A stretch of DNA of 64,000 bases from Lytechinus pictus (taxonomy: Eukaryota): NCBI RefSeq assembly GCF_037042905.1, contig NC_087255.1, positions 9,796,001 through 9,860,000 on the forward strand. The letters run 5' to 3'. Below, in pieces: positions 36,954 to 49,287 of this stretch (positions within the stretch are counted from its first letter, which is position 1; each line of letters opens with the position of its first letter). The notes below the pieces were generated by a model. That model had not been told where the DNA came from, ran no database searches, and worked only from the letters and a program-made list of their open reading frames with translations. A program made the position numbers and the translations under genes.

Positions 36954-39900
36954 GTATGTAACACTATACATTTTGTTTCAGTCGAAATCGGGAAAAATAA
37001 CTGTCAATACTAGCAATTAGATTAACAGTTCAAGAATTTCTTAATTTTGGTGGATTTATATCAAGGGGACTATCAAAAAGGCTCTACCGGATGTGCACTT
37101 TATTAAGTTGAAGGGATGTGACGTAGTCGTTTTTGTGTATTATTATCATAGTTACCATTATTATAATTATTATTATTATTATTATCATCATCATCACTAT
37201 TATTATCATCATTATCATTAGAAGTAGAATTAGTACTATTTTCGTTATTATATGTACACCGATTATTTCCAGCCAACTGTCATATACCTTCATATTTTTA
37301 TGAAATTCATTGCAGTCATGATTTATTGGTAAAATCAATCGAAGCTCAATTGATTTTCTTAATATATAACAATAACACCATGGTTCTAGTTTTTTTTTTC
37401 TCTTATTTACTCTCTTCTTCCTACTCAATCTCAATCTGTCTCTCTTTTCGTAATCCCTCTCTATATACTTCATCGATTTTGTTGCTTACTTTCTATTTTA
37501 TTTTCTTAATTTTCTTCAATTTTTTTTCTTCTCTAATTCGATCTTCTGTCTTGGACCTTGTTTTGGGGTCTGTCTGTATTTCTTTTTTCTCTCTACAGTC
37601 CTCTTCTCTTCTCCTTTTCCCTGTTATATGGCTCTTTTCTCTATCCCTATTTAGATGAGTTATCGCGAGAGGTAATAACAACTATGTTATTTGTATATAC
37701 CTGCCAAGTGCTCCAAAACCAACAATAGTCGCACAAATGAATTTTCGAGATTTTTACACTTGAAGATAATGAAGCACATACTAAGCTTTGAAATGATATA
37801 TTCTGTAACTTGTCAAACTTGTTCAGTAATAGCTAAAACATGAAGAACTTTATTGAATGTAAACGAAATATAGTGAGAGCTTCAAAGAGTAAATAAACAC
37901 AAGGTTTGAATTTTAGGGTTCACTCCAGCAATAGCTTTATCTTGTATTCTCCTCAACTTTACAGCCTCAAACTTGACAGCATGAAGAAGAAGAATATTTT
38001 TTTCCCCAGAATAGCCAATCTCCCACTTTTTCCTTTTTGAAGAACAAGTTTCTATATTTGGCTACTTACAAAAAAAAACCTTCCCTGGCGACTTATTGTT
38101 GTTTGGTTGGTTTTTTGTTGATCTATATACCTACTTGTATTTCGCTGTTTGCCTGCTTGTTGATTTTCTTTTTTCAAAGAAATTGTTTCAACATAATTGT
38201 GTAGTCAAATTTTATTGATATTACTTGGCTTTATTACGTGGTTTGGAATTGTAGATTTACTACGGACTGCTAATTGTGACACAAATCTCTTATAAAAAGT
38301 TAAATCTATCAGATTATTTTAAAGACAGGTTGTTTATAATCATCAGGAGTTAGTAAATATAATAATTAATTTCATACCACTAAAGCATGATATTTTCAAA
38401 CAAACTTGTGATATTCGGCATTCCATTATTTGAGAACACAGTTAAAGACCATGATGTAAGTTAAATCAGACATGGACTACTAAATTTAATTATAATCACA
38501 ACTTCACTTATTGTAACAGGATCAGATATATCGCATACAATTTTTTTTTGTTGTAAACTTTATGTTAACAGCTAAATTCATAACAAGTGATGGCGTGTTT
38601 ACGCAGACAGTCAATGTGAATTACACAGGAGTGGTGATCTCAATGACTAATCGAGACCAACCTGATGATAATGGCAATGTGATTACATGGAGGAAAGATG
38701 GTGGTAATGTTCTTACACAATTTGAGGGACAGACCAATATCAGCTTCCCAAACCCAATCCAGATGTCAGACCAAGGGATTTATGAGATCTACTATGGTGG
38801 CGAGAGGGACCAAAACAGAGGAGGAATATTCCGACTTATTGTCAGGGGTAATCTTTGCTTTATTTCTAATCACTTTTGAATAGAATGATTTGGAATTACC
38901 TTAATAACCAAACATACTTTGACATACTTACTTGTTTTCAACGAGGCAATGGAACTTTCCATGGTCTCGGCTAGTTCTCTGTTTATCTTGTTCTTTCTAT
39001 TTGTCTCTTTTGTGTATGATATTAGAATGTCCTGCTGGTAAGTGGGGTCCACCTGAATGCCATGGTATATGTGATAACTGCTATAATGGTGGAGTCTGTG
39101 ATGACAAGTCTGGTCTTTGTATCTGTCCTAACAACTTCATGGGAGAAAACTGTTTAAAAAGTGAGTATGGCCATTGATTTTTAGTTTAATACTTAGAGCA
39201 TATATTATTTTATTATTACCATAATTATGATTTATACTGCTATATCCATCATCATCATAAATCAATTCATGTTTTGCAATGTAAGTAAGCATATTAACAA
39301 AGTACATGACATGACTTACATGTACATGTATTATAGTCCTAACACACTCATGGAAATGTCTTTGGAAAATAGGTGAGCAAATAATGCAGGGAATATGGTT
39401 GATTTGTTTGTAGTACATGTAAATGTGGTACTACTTTATGGCATAACTAATTTGAGTAATGTTAAGGTTTGTTAAAATGACTCTGTTATCTTTGATATTG
39501 GATTACAAACTAAGAAATGCACCATGTAATGCATCTTTCCATTTCCAATTCAAACGTTTCTTCAGTTTGCAGGAATGATGGAGGGAATAGGTTTGGATTA
39601 ACATGTGAATTTGAATGCTCAAGACGTAACTTAAATACTAGCTGTCGTGGCCTTCTGTTTTGCCTACCTGATCCTTATGGATGTTCATGTGATGTTGGTT
39701 CCCAAGGTCTTGCATGTGATCGCGGTACGTGTTGTGGACAATAATTCCCGTAAATCTTGTTCCAGTTAGACTGGCATATTTTACTAAAGAAACGAATGAT
39801 TAGGTGTAGTATTGACATGTTTAAAGATTCAATCAGTTTAGAACTGGCATTTTTACATCTATCACATTTGTAACACTGATTACATCTTCACAAAACGGGA

Positions 39901-42900
39901 ATTTATTCGTTGATTTCGAACTACTAAGTGTGATATACTAGTATATCTTATTGTGCTAACTGAAACACAACACATCTGTCTCGACCATGCCTGTTCCTAA
40001 CATGTAGAATAAATTGTATGTTATTTTTAATTCAATGAACATGCAAAGTCCTATATGCATTTTTTTTAAGTGAAGTAATGTAGGTGAAAAACACGAAAAA
40101 GGAAAAGGAGGGGAGGAAGAGGAAAGAGAGAGAGAAATGGAGGCTATGGAAATTAATGTAAAAAATATGTTAAGAATTAGGAATAATAATTATTTATGTT
40201 AATTGTGTCCTTCTGAACTGTCTCTCAGATTGTGATATTGGCACATATGGTCCAGGGTGCTCACAAACATGTAACTGTGCTGATGTATCAGCATGTGATC
40301 CTTTCAGTGGAATTTGTACTACAGGTGGATGTCAGTCTGGCTGGTCAGGGAACAATTGTCAAAGTAAGTCTATACTAAACCATTCTTACATATTTTTTCT
40401 TTTATTCTCAAAGAATTGGGGAACTGCAAAGATAATCTCTATCTTGTACATAATCCTCTGTATCCGCAACATGAAAAGCACCTGTCAGTCAGTGTCTTAT
40501 TCCAGAGTATATACTAGCTGATGAGCTATGCCCGTATAAAAAAAGGATTAAAGAAATCTAGGGATACAGTTTGGGGATCCCTGTTTGAAGGGAAATGCTT
40601 TATTGAAAGAAAATACTTGTTTGAATTCTTTGTTGAAAGCGTGCGTATTAAATATCCTTGGTTACAAATTATAAATGCTGCATTTACTACGTCTTATTAT
40701 TTTTCCTTTTCATTTCTCAGTTCCTGATATCTGTGAGGCTGGATACTATGGATCAAATTGCACGGATAAATGTCATTGCATGGATGATGTATCTTGTGAT
40801 AAAACAACAGGAGCATGTCCTATGAAGTGTGCCTTGGGGTACAGCGTACGTAATGGTCAGGAAAATTGTCAAGGTAAATAATTTTTCATTGACTCTTATT
40901 CAATTTCTCAAAGAATACATACGATATACTTACAAGTATTTCACAGTTTTGTATCAGTGACATAGGTATATATCAACCTCACATCAGTTTTATTTGTGTC
41001 CTTTAAAAAAAATTGGGGGTGGGAGTAGGTTCGTCCAAGTATAGTCTCTATCCCCACATACTCTCACTCTTACACTAATTCAACATCTCTTGGTTATTGA
41101 ATGAGCATTTCCCGCCACTTAGAATGTCACCTTGATTAATCTATAACAAGCTATAAAAAGCTGCTCTTGGTCCAGACACTTATTTACTACATTCTTGCAT
41201 TATATTAATGTTCAGGTTATTTAATTCACATTTCGGAGCTTTTCTTCATACCAGGCATGACCTAGCACCATACTGACCCATGTTTTAAAAAGAGTATATA
41301 TAGAGCGAAAACAAATGTAGTTTTCTTCTGGTGATGATTTCTTAGATATTGGTTATATTGACAAAAACTGTTTGGAATACAAAAGATTAAGGAAATTATT
41401 ACTGTCTTCCTTTCCCCCTTAAGACTTCATTTAATTTCTAAACTGCTAGTTGTAATGACATCTTTTGACTTCTTACACAATGTTGTCATGATCAGGTGAT
41501 TTATATCAGACTTATATAAAATTACTTCCTAAGGATCCAGCGTTACAAAATTTCTGTTCCAAATTAGGAAGATTTTTTTTCGTGCTGATATTATCACATT
41601 CAGTGAAAATTGGCATTTCTGGATAAATTTATATCTGCAAATTCAATAATTATAAGTTGTTTACTTATCCCTCAAGTAGAATGTAGGCTGTCTAATGGAA
41701 AGAGTAACATTTTTGTACATTTATCAAATGAAATGATTACCAATCATACGTAATGCAAATGTTAAAATTGTCATTAAAATTCCATAATTACTACACACCT
41801 GCCAATACTACTGGTACTCTCAGTAGGTCCGTTGTACTTGACCACCACCCCCATCTATTTCCTAATGATGTAATTTGATTCCACTTGACTATATCAAAAA
41901 TTAGCTTTTGTTTTAAATATTTTTCATTTAACTCTTATCGTGTAGAATGTGAAGAAGGTAGGTTTGGCCTGGATTGTCTTCAGCAATGCCACTGTGCTCC
42001 AGAAGCCTGTGAGATACAGAGAGGATTGTGCGATGGACAGTGTCTTACAGGCTGGATTGAACCATACTGTCAAAGTAAATATATCCATTAATTTGTGTTT
42101 TCTTTTAATGTGAAACTCTGTACATGATACATTTATCACTTTGATGGCAATAATATACTGACTGTTGTTTTCACTGGGAGCCAAAATTATAAAGATATCT
42201 ATCAAATCTTGTATGAAATCTTAGGAGCTGGTGAATAAATTTTAAAATACCAAGTATTGAATTCGTTTATAAATAGGGCTCATTAGGAATGAGAGTAGGT
42301 TGGGCAATTGGTCAATCAGTTCTTTGGTCAATCCATCGCAAATGGTGGATCAAACCACATTCTTAGTTTTCACTAAGCATGCTAAGTGGTCATAAGACTT
42401 GAGACAGACTCATTGGAATTGGAGTGAATTGAAGAGGCAAGACACATATTGGCAATGTTTCGGATACTGCATTGAAAATTTTCACAGTACATATAATATT
42501 TCATTTTTATTTATGAATTGTTAGAAATGTAACCTTGACTACTTGAATTATAAATTCACTCTCGGATTTCTACCTTGGTTATTTTAAGGAATATCACGCT
42601 ATGACTTAGTAAGAGTGAATCCATACCAACCATCAATCATCACATGTTATGTTGAGGGGATCCCACTTCCTGATGCCTCATCAGTTGATCTTCGTCGACG
42701 TATTGATACCAACACTTACAACATCACGGGAATCACCAAGCGATCAAGCTCTGTATCAGGGTCAGAACGGGGTGTTCACTTTGATATTGAAAATGTTTAT
42801 CCACCAGAAGATGGGGACTATGTCTGTGGTCTTATTATAGAAAACCAGTTCTACCCAACAAGCATTACTAATATAACCTATGGTGAGCAATAGCATAACA

Positions 42901-44188
42901 TCACTCTATAAAATGATAACTTAATTTTTTAATAGATATCAATGTAGGTAGCAAAAGTTTATTTTCCATAGTGCAGAATCATTACTATAATTATCAGTAA
43001 TCATATTTTCAAACTTATTTTTAAACAGTTATATAAGTCTTGTAATGTCTTTTTCTAATTTCCTGTGATATACATGTACATGTATGAATAAACTGAGCTT
43101 TAAACTCCCTCATTGAATATAAATCAGTGTCAGATAATAAATTGTAAACTAACACAATCACCAGCAGTGGCCATTCTAATCTTTAAGAAAAAAAGAACAG
43201 CAGCTATGAAAATGACTTTATGTTAGTGGTAACGAAATATAACAGATGATAATGTCAGTGAAAATCATAATATCAGAAGCTTATTATTTGTGAACCAAAA
43301 AAGGAAGAAATATCTGGTAAGTAATTGCGAAAGATTATGCCAGAGATGACAATTCAGATATCAACAAGAGACCAGAATATTGTCAGAGGTAATTATACCA
43401 GTTGTATAAAAGCTTTACTCGTTCATAAGAAGTATACTTACATATTCTCAAGATTCATCTCCATGGAAATGCTGAGATGCTTCAGTCATTGATAATGGAA
43501 AAATATAGGCGTATAATCTTATGAATTATGTAATCTCATGTTCTGCCTCTTTCTCTATTGCTTTCAGTTCTTCCTGTCATAAGTACGGCACCATCTATTG
43601 TCAGCACCACTTCAACTACAGTATCTATACAATGGAATGCCTGGTCTGCAGGAAAAGACATAGGTGATCCTCCCCTTATAGGATATGATGTATTTGTAAG
43701 AAAAGGTGGCATCTGGGAAATAGATCAGAGAGTAGATGACTCTATCACTTCAGCTACTGTTAGTAACTTGACTCCTGACACAGAATACAGGTTTCGTGTT
43801 GCAGCCGTGAGGGAAGGAGAGGGTGGAACAGGTCCATGGTCTCCAAGGATTGATGCAATCACTCTGTGTACAGGTAAATTAATCGTATTCTGTAATATTT
43901 GAATATTTTTTGGTAAGTGCCATTTCAACCCATATAATGTATATAATTGCTTGAGCAGTTGGAGATTTTCAGCATGAGCAGAATAAATATTTATGATTCA
44001 TAATTTTTACGTGCATTTAAAATTGTATTTTTCATTTGAATCAATTTTTCAGCACCAAGGTCTCCCCCAGCTGGAATACAGGTGACAGCCAACAATCCTA
44101 AAGAACTAGAAGTGACATGGGAGGTAATGAAAGTGATGAAAGTGTTGTTATTAATCTAATACTACTACCCCTTCTTTTTCTGCTACTG

Positions 44189-44227
<39 letters not shown>

Positions 44228-45205
44228 TTACTACTATTACTACTACTACTACTACTATTACTACTATTACTACTATTGCTACTTCAACTACTACTATTAC
44301 TTCTAATAATACTGTTGCTGCTGCTGCTGCTGCTTCTACTACTACTACTAATACTACTAGAACTGTTAGTACTACTACTATTGCTACAACTAATACCACC
44401 ACTTGTTCTTCATATTTCTTAATATGCTTACCGTACATCAAAATTTCTGCTAGCGCTTCGCGCTCACACTATTCAATTAGGGCTTGTATGAGATTATTAT
44501 ATATTTATGTTTCATAAGAATAAAGCTAAGAAGTGACTAATTTGACTACCCCTTAAACAAACACATAAATCAGCTTTGAGCTGCCGATCGGGGAAAATAT
44601 GGGTATTTTTTCGCCCCCCTCTATTGCAGAAAGCTGGATCTGCCCCTGTTCTATTATTACTAATACTAATTATAATTAAATGTGTACTTATACCTTTACT
44701 GCTGCGGCTGCTATTGCTGCTACTACTACTTCTACTCCTGATGATGCTAATAACAGTTATTAATTTCCACCATTATCTTGCAGTTCCTCTCATTGGATTC
44801 AGCAAACTGCAGGAGTGGTGTGACCAATTATATGATCTACTATGCTCTCTCTGGTTCATCATCCACAAACTCTCGCATAGTTTCTAATGATACAAGCTCC
44901 TATACGATAACAGGGCTGGGGACCTATCTGGACTATACCATTGAAATAAGTGCTTCAAATAAAGATGAGGAAAGTGACAAGAGCAGTGAGATAATCGGCA
45001 GAACACTTGAAGAAGGTTTGGTCGATTTTTAAGTGATTTGTTTTGTGATGGCTGGCACGAGCTTCGCTATTCAAGGCAATTTTCTACATAATTACTATTC
45101 CCAATTCCTTGCAGAAGCTTAAGATTTAATTGTTATCTAAGAAATCTTATTATTTGATATTCTTTGGTATATTTTATCTGATTCTGTTTTTATTTGTTAT
45201 ATACT

Positions 45206-45238
<33 letters not shown>

Positions 45239-47768
45239 GGGGGGGGGGGTAAATCCGCACATAAACATGATTAATGTCATGTTCTACAATTCCTTTTAAA
45301 GGAGAATGAAACTCTTGGAGCAAGTTAGCTTTTGTGAAAGCAGAAAAATCAAAGAATAAGATCAACAAAACTTTGAGTAAAATAGGACTAGCAATAAAAG
45401 AGTTATGAGCATTTGAATGTCGAGATCACTAATGCTATGGAGATCCTCCCGTTGGCAATGCGACCAAGATCTGTGATGTCACACACGTACAACTCTCCCA
45501 TTCGGACACTGAAAATATACCCCAAAACATCTCTTTTTGCTCATTCTAATCATATGACAAACGATTCATCAATGATATAATGTTGTGAAACCTCTGTACT
45601 TGTCATCTCATAAAGAAAACACCTAACCTTGTGATAGACTCTATAAAAGTGAGAATATAAGTGAAAAATGTACTAAAGTAATGAGGGAGTTGTACGTGTG
45701 TGATATCACAGATCTTGGTCGCATTGCCGATGGGAGGATCTACATGGCACTAGTGATCTCAATATTCAAATGCTCATAACTTTCTTATTATTCATTCAAT
45801 CTTCCTCAAACTTTCAACAATATGTTTCTTTGATTTTTCTCTTTGATATGGATTCAGCTGGTTTCAAGGGTTTCATTCTCCTTTAAGCTCTTAAATTTGA
45901 ACTGATTTGAACTACCACTTTTTTATAATTTGATATACGATTATTTGCCGGTTTTAATCTTATTTATATCATTTCTTGTTTTAATTCGATAACCATGTTT
46001 TATTTTTCTCTCCGTATTACAATGAAGGTAATTTTATTCACAAGTTTGATTATAATTACATATTTACATTCATTTCTATTTTACGTTATTCTGTGTAAGC
46101 ACCGGCCAATACGAAGATCCTCACGACAGAATACAATAAATATATTAATAAATATATAAATAAATTCAAGCGTTTCACCTTAAAGATCTCCTGTCATTCA
46201 ATTCCCTCTATCAGTTGCACCAGCTCCTATCAACGTGGCCATACCAAGAAGTACTAAAAGTTCTTTCACTGTGTCGTGGTCCACTCCTCTCCCATCGAAC
46301 GTAAATGGTCATATTCAGATGTACACCATTCGCTACAAGCAAAGCGATCAAGGAGATGATGATGATTATATCATGGAAAATGCGTTGACAGATGCATTTG
46401 AAGCAGAACATACTGTGACGAATCTTCTGTATGGTGTTAACTATACAGTTCAGGTAATACAACGATTCTCGGTCTCATTTCTTTTCGCTTTCTTTCATTA
46501 TGGATAATCACACAACTCAAATCAAAGAACAAAAGGCGTTCATACGTTCCAATGACAATCATGACAAAGTATGGACTTCGAATTATTTTATGACTGATAT
46601 ACTTCAGTACAGTTGTAAACTATTTGAAATGATTCTTAATTGCCAAATTGTGGATTAAAGTACATAAATATTCATATTTAGATATTATAACGTATGAATA
46701 TAGGCCTACTTAAAAAAAAATACCATTAAAAATGACATTTATAGATAAAGAATGTGCCATGTTATTCATAATTGGATTAAAGTACAAGAATATTTATATT
46801 TAGATATTATAGCGTATGAAGATAGGCCTACTTTAAGGAAAATCACCATAAATTACAATATTACTGGATAAAAACGTGCCAGGTTATTCATAATTTTACA
46901 TTTATCGGACCAATAAACAATTTAACAAAATTCAAATAAAGTCATGACATATTATGGATTTCGAATTATTGTATTTATTTTATATGTATCAGTACAATAA
47001 TTAATTATTTCAAATTTAATTGCCGATTTGTGGTTGAAAGTACAATAAAAATATTTTATTCATATTGGGACACTGTAGCGTATTTAGATACTTTAAAGAA
47101 AATCAATCATCAACAATTCGTATTTATTTTTGATCAGTGATCATTAGATTAGATTTTTTTCATCGTTTCCAAGGTCCAAACTGTCAATGGAGCTGGTTCT
47201 AGTAAGTGGTCGTACCCAGTCAGAGCTAAGACCATCCTTGCTGGTCATCACTGTAACGGGGTGCAAGTAGGCACTATAATTGCAGGTGTTTCAATACCTC
47301 TAATCATCATCATCATCTTCCTCATCATTCTCAATGTTGTTACGTATAGGAGGTAGGTTAATTGAAATTTCATAATTTTAATGATTTTTTTATTGGAATA
47401 TGTTCTCAGTAGGATATCTTTGTATGTAACCATTAAAGCCTTTGTTAATATGATTTGGTTTAAAAATATGATAGTAGACATATTGTGAATTGATTTTCAG
47501 GGCCAGACTAAGACATCCAGTCACCGCATCGTCAAAAGACACTGCACGTGAGCCATCCCCAAGGTATGAGAACCCTGCATTTGATGCATCCATGCGCACC
47601 TGCAAAAACGTGGATAAAGACACCTACCAAGATCTCGATATCGACACCAGGGACTACCAGAACCCTACTGACCCCCACACATATCAAGGGCTTAAGAAAA
47701 CCAGCATCGATACCTCGCATCAGAGTGTCAGCCAACCAGAGCCGGAAATCACTTATGAATACATTTAG
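36633..47768 (+). CDS. Tie-like single-pass receptor lacking a kinase domain (Ig-Ig-EGFx5-Ig-FN3x3-TM-Tyr-motif tail); 14 exons, 5' end incomplete
   Basis: join(36633-36953,38572-38847,39026-39160,39566-39724,40229-40363,40721-40873,41946-42074,42589-42882,43568-43873,44053-44123,44784-45015,46215-46453,47174-47352,47501-47768). All introns GT-AG, phases consistent, no internal stops, about 965 codons. Confidence 0.9.
37140..37235. repeat. (ATT/ATC)n microsatellite, intronic
   Basis: Direct reading. Confidence 0.85.
38572..38847 (+). CDS. Tie-like receptor exon: Ig domain 2
   Basis: FTQTVNV...ITWRKDG...SDQGIYEI...IFRLIVR; phase 1/1. Confidence 0.9.
39026..39160 (+). CDS. Tie-like receptor exon: EGF 1
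   Basis: ECPAGKWGPPECHGICDNCYNGGVCDDKSGLCICPNNFMGENCL. Confidence 0.92.
39566..39724 (+). CDS. Tie-like receptor exon: EGF 2
   Basis: NRFGLTCEFEC...CRGLLFCLPDPYGCSCDVG, the Tie1/2-type motif. Confidence 0.92.
40229..40363 (+). CDS. Tie-like receptor exon: EGF 3 (not in ORF track)
   Basis: DCDIGTYGPGCSQTCNCADVSACDPFSGICTTGGCQSGWSGNNCQ; cag|...|gtaagt. Confidence 0.9.
40721..40873 (+). CDS. Tie-like receptor exon: EGF 4
   Basis: PDICEAGYYGSNCTDKCHCMDDVSCDKTTGACPMKCALGY. Confidence 0.9.
41946..42074 (+). CDS. Tie-like receptor exon: EGF 5
   Basis: ECEEGRFGLDCLQQCHCAPEACEIQRGLCDGQCLTGWIEPYCQ. Confidence 0.9.
42589..42882 (+). CDS. Tie-like receptor exon: Ig domain 3
   Basis: VNPYQPSIITCYVEGIPLP...EDGDYVCGL; phase 1/1. 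Confidence 0.88.
43568..43873 (+). CDS. Tie-like receptor exon: FN3 1
   Basis: VSIQWNAW...DIGDPPLIGY...LTPDTEYRFRVAAVREGEGGTGPWS. Confidence 0.92.
44053..44123 (+). CDS. Tie-like receptor exon: FN3 2, first half (not in ORF track)
   Basis: APRSPPAGIQVTANNPKELEVTWE|gtaatg; phase 1/0. Confidence 0.88.
44158..44392. repeat. (TAC)n/(TGC)n microsatellite, intronic
   Basis: Direct reading; explains the poly-Leu and poly-Val ORFs. Confidence 0.95.
44784..45015 (+). CDS. Tie-like receptor exon: FN3 2, second half
   Basis: YMIYY...YTITGLGTYLDYTIEISASN...RTLEE; phase 0/1. Confidence 0.9.
45300..45882. mobile_element. Kolobok-like palindromic MITE, intronic
   Basis: ttaa|aggagaatgaaac ... gtttcattctcct|ttaa; internal ~100-bp inverted repeat 45403-45502 / 45680-45780. 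Confidence 0.85.
46215..46453 (+). CDS. Tie-like receptor exon: FN3 3
   Basis: SFTVSWSTP...NGHIQMYTIRY...VTNLLYGVNYTVQ; phase 1/0. Confidence 0.9.
47174..47352 (+). CDS. Tie-like receptor exon: end of FN3 3 and transmembrane helix (not in ORF track)
   Basis: VQTVNGAGSSKWS...VGTIIAGVSIPLIIIIIFLIILNVVTYRR; phase 0/2. Confidence 0.9.
47501..47768 (+). CDS. Tie-like receptor terminal exon: cytoplasmic tyrosine-motif tail
   Basis: tttcag| phase 2 matches the previous exon; YENP, YQDL, YQNP, YQGL, ITYEYI*. Confidence 0.85.
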
Positions 47769-49287
47769 AATCGACTCCTAAGCACAGTTCCACTACCGAA
47801 TTACAGAATGAAGCAAGTGCCAGAAGTGATGTGCGTGTATATCTGTGTGTGTGTTGGTGGGAGGATGCGTCTGTGTGTGTGTACATTTTTGTGTGTGGAA
47901 GAAAGAAATAACATAATATGAGTGTCAATAATTAATAAATGGGTGAGTATGGGTATGACAAATGAGGGTGTGTGTGTGAGTATGGTATAAACAATTAATA
48001 TAAGGGTGTGAGTATGGTGAGCAGAACTAATATGAGGGTGTAAATGATTGTGTGGGTGCACTGTTAGAAAATTTATCCTTAAAATAAAAGAAGTTCCTGC
48101 AGCAGAGTCTCGAGAACACCTGTAATCTTACAAGATTGCGTAATCTTACAGATAATTGGTATTTGGTGTATGGAACCTTACAAATTTTCTTTAATAAAAC
48201 ACCCTTTTCTCCTTTTTAAACATACCTGTTCTGTTAAATTGCAGAAAAATTCATGTTTTATGAATTTAAAAAAATCTATGTATAATTTGCATTCACATAT
48301 TCAATGATTATGTAGCAATATTCATGTTTGAAAGAGAAAAGAATAGATATCATTTAAAACCAAACTATAACAGTATAACGGATGAGAGAGGCGCACTTTA
48401 TCGGTTTTTCAAGAATGGGTGTTGAAGTGAGTATGTGACCCAACATCACCCCAAAACCAAGGAAGGTTCTTTAAAAATAGCTTAAACAGTCATGAATTTA
48501 GTTGGAAAAAAGAAAAAAATGAAAATCACCGTGTGCAAAATAATTCTCCTTCTGACAAAGTTTGAAGTTGTAAAATTCAATAAAAGATGCGAAGGACGCA
48601 GTTTTGATTTTTAACAATACCTTTTTTTTCCGGACTGCTTAGAAATTTCACTGAGATTCAATAGTGTCCTACGGTTGGGTGAATAGATCCCTTTGAATCT
48701 TCATGGCCTTAGGAAGCGGGGGTGCGAGGGGATTTTCCTAGGGGGTACTTAGTGTGTTATTCTCCATAGGCAGCACTCCCTGGAATTATGGTAGATGTGG
48801 CAAAATTTAGAAATATAAACCAAAATTTCCTCTTTTTTTTTTTTTTTTTGGGGGGGGGACTTGTCAGATTTATCGGGACCAAAACGACCTTCGTTTTGCA
48901 GTGAAACATTATTTTTTAGAGGAGGGGGGGGTGGGCTTGTTAAATTAACATCAGTACCCCTATGTTAAAAAAAAAGGTTCCATGACCCTACTTATTTTTT
49001 GAAGCTCTAACTTAATCTATTTTTCTATTCAATAATTTAAGTACTTCCGTAGTTTTTTTCTTTGTTTTTTGAGTTTTGAGGTATAACATATTATTTCAAA
49101 GCTTAAGATGTGCCACTTCCAGGTCAATGGAAATTTCAACATTCATCTTGGGCGTATATTGCAACCCTATCAAATTAAATATATAACACAGTATATTGCG
49201 ACAAAGTGATCGCAAACGATCGCAGGAGCAATTGGGAAAGCCCCCTAAGGGAGGAGCACCCTTCTCTGTATGTGGGGTTAATATTAA

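Noticed and set aside
44117-44441. Poly-Leu and poly-Val ORFs resembling membrane proteins
   Set aside because: Translation of an intronic (TAC)n microsatellite.
36633-47768. Assigning the symbol TIE1/TEK or MEGF10
   Set aside because: No kinase domain and a different EGF count; orthology cannot be established without a phylogeny.
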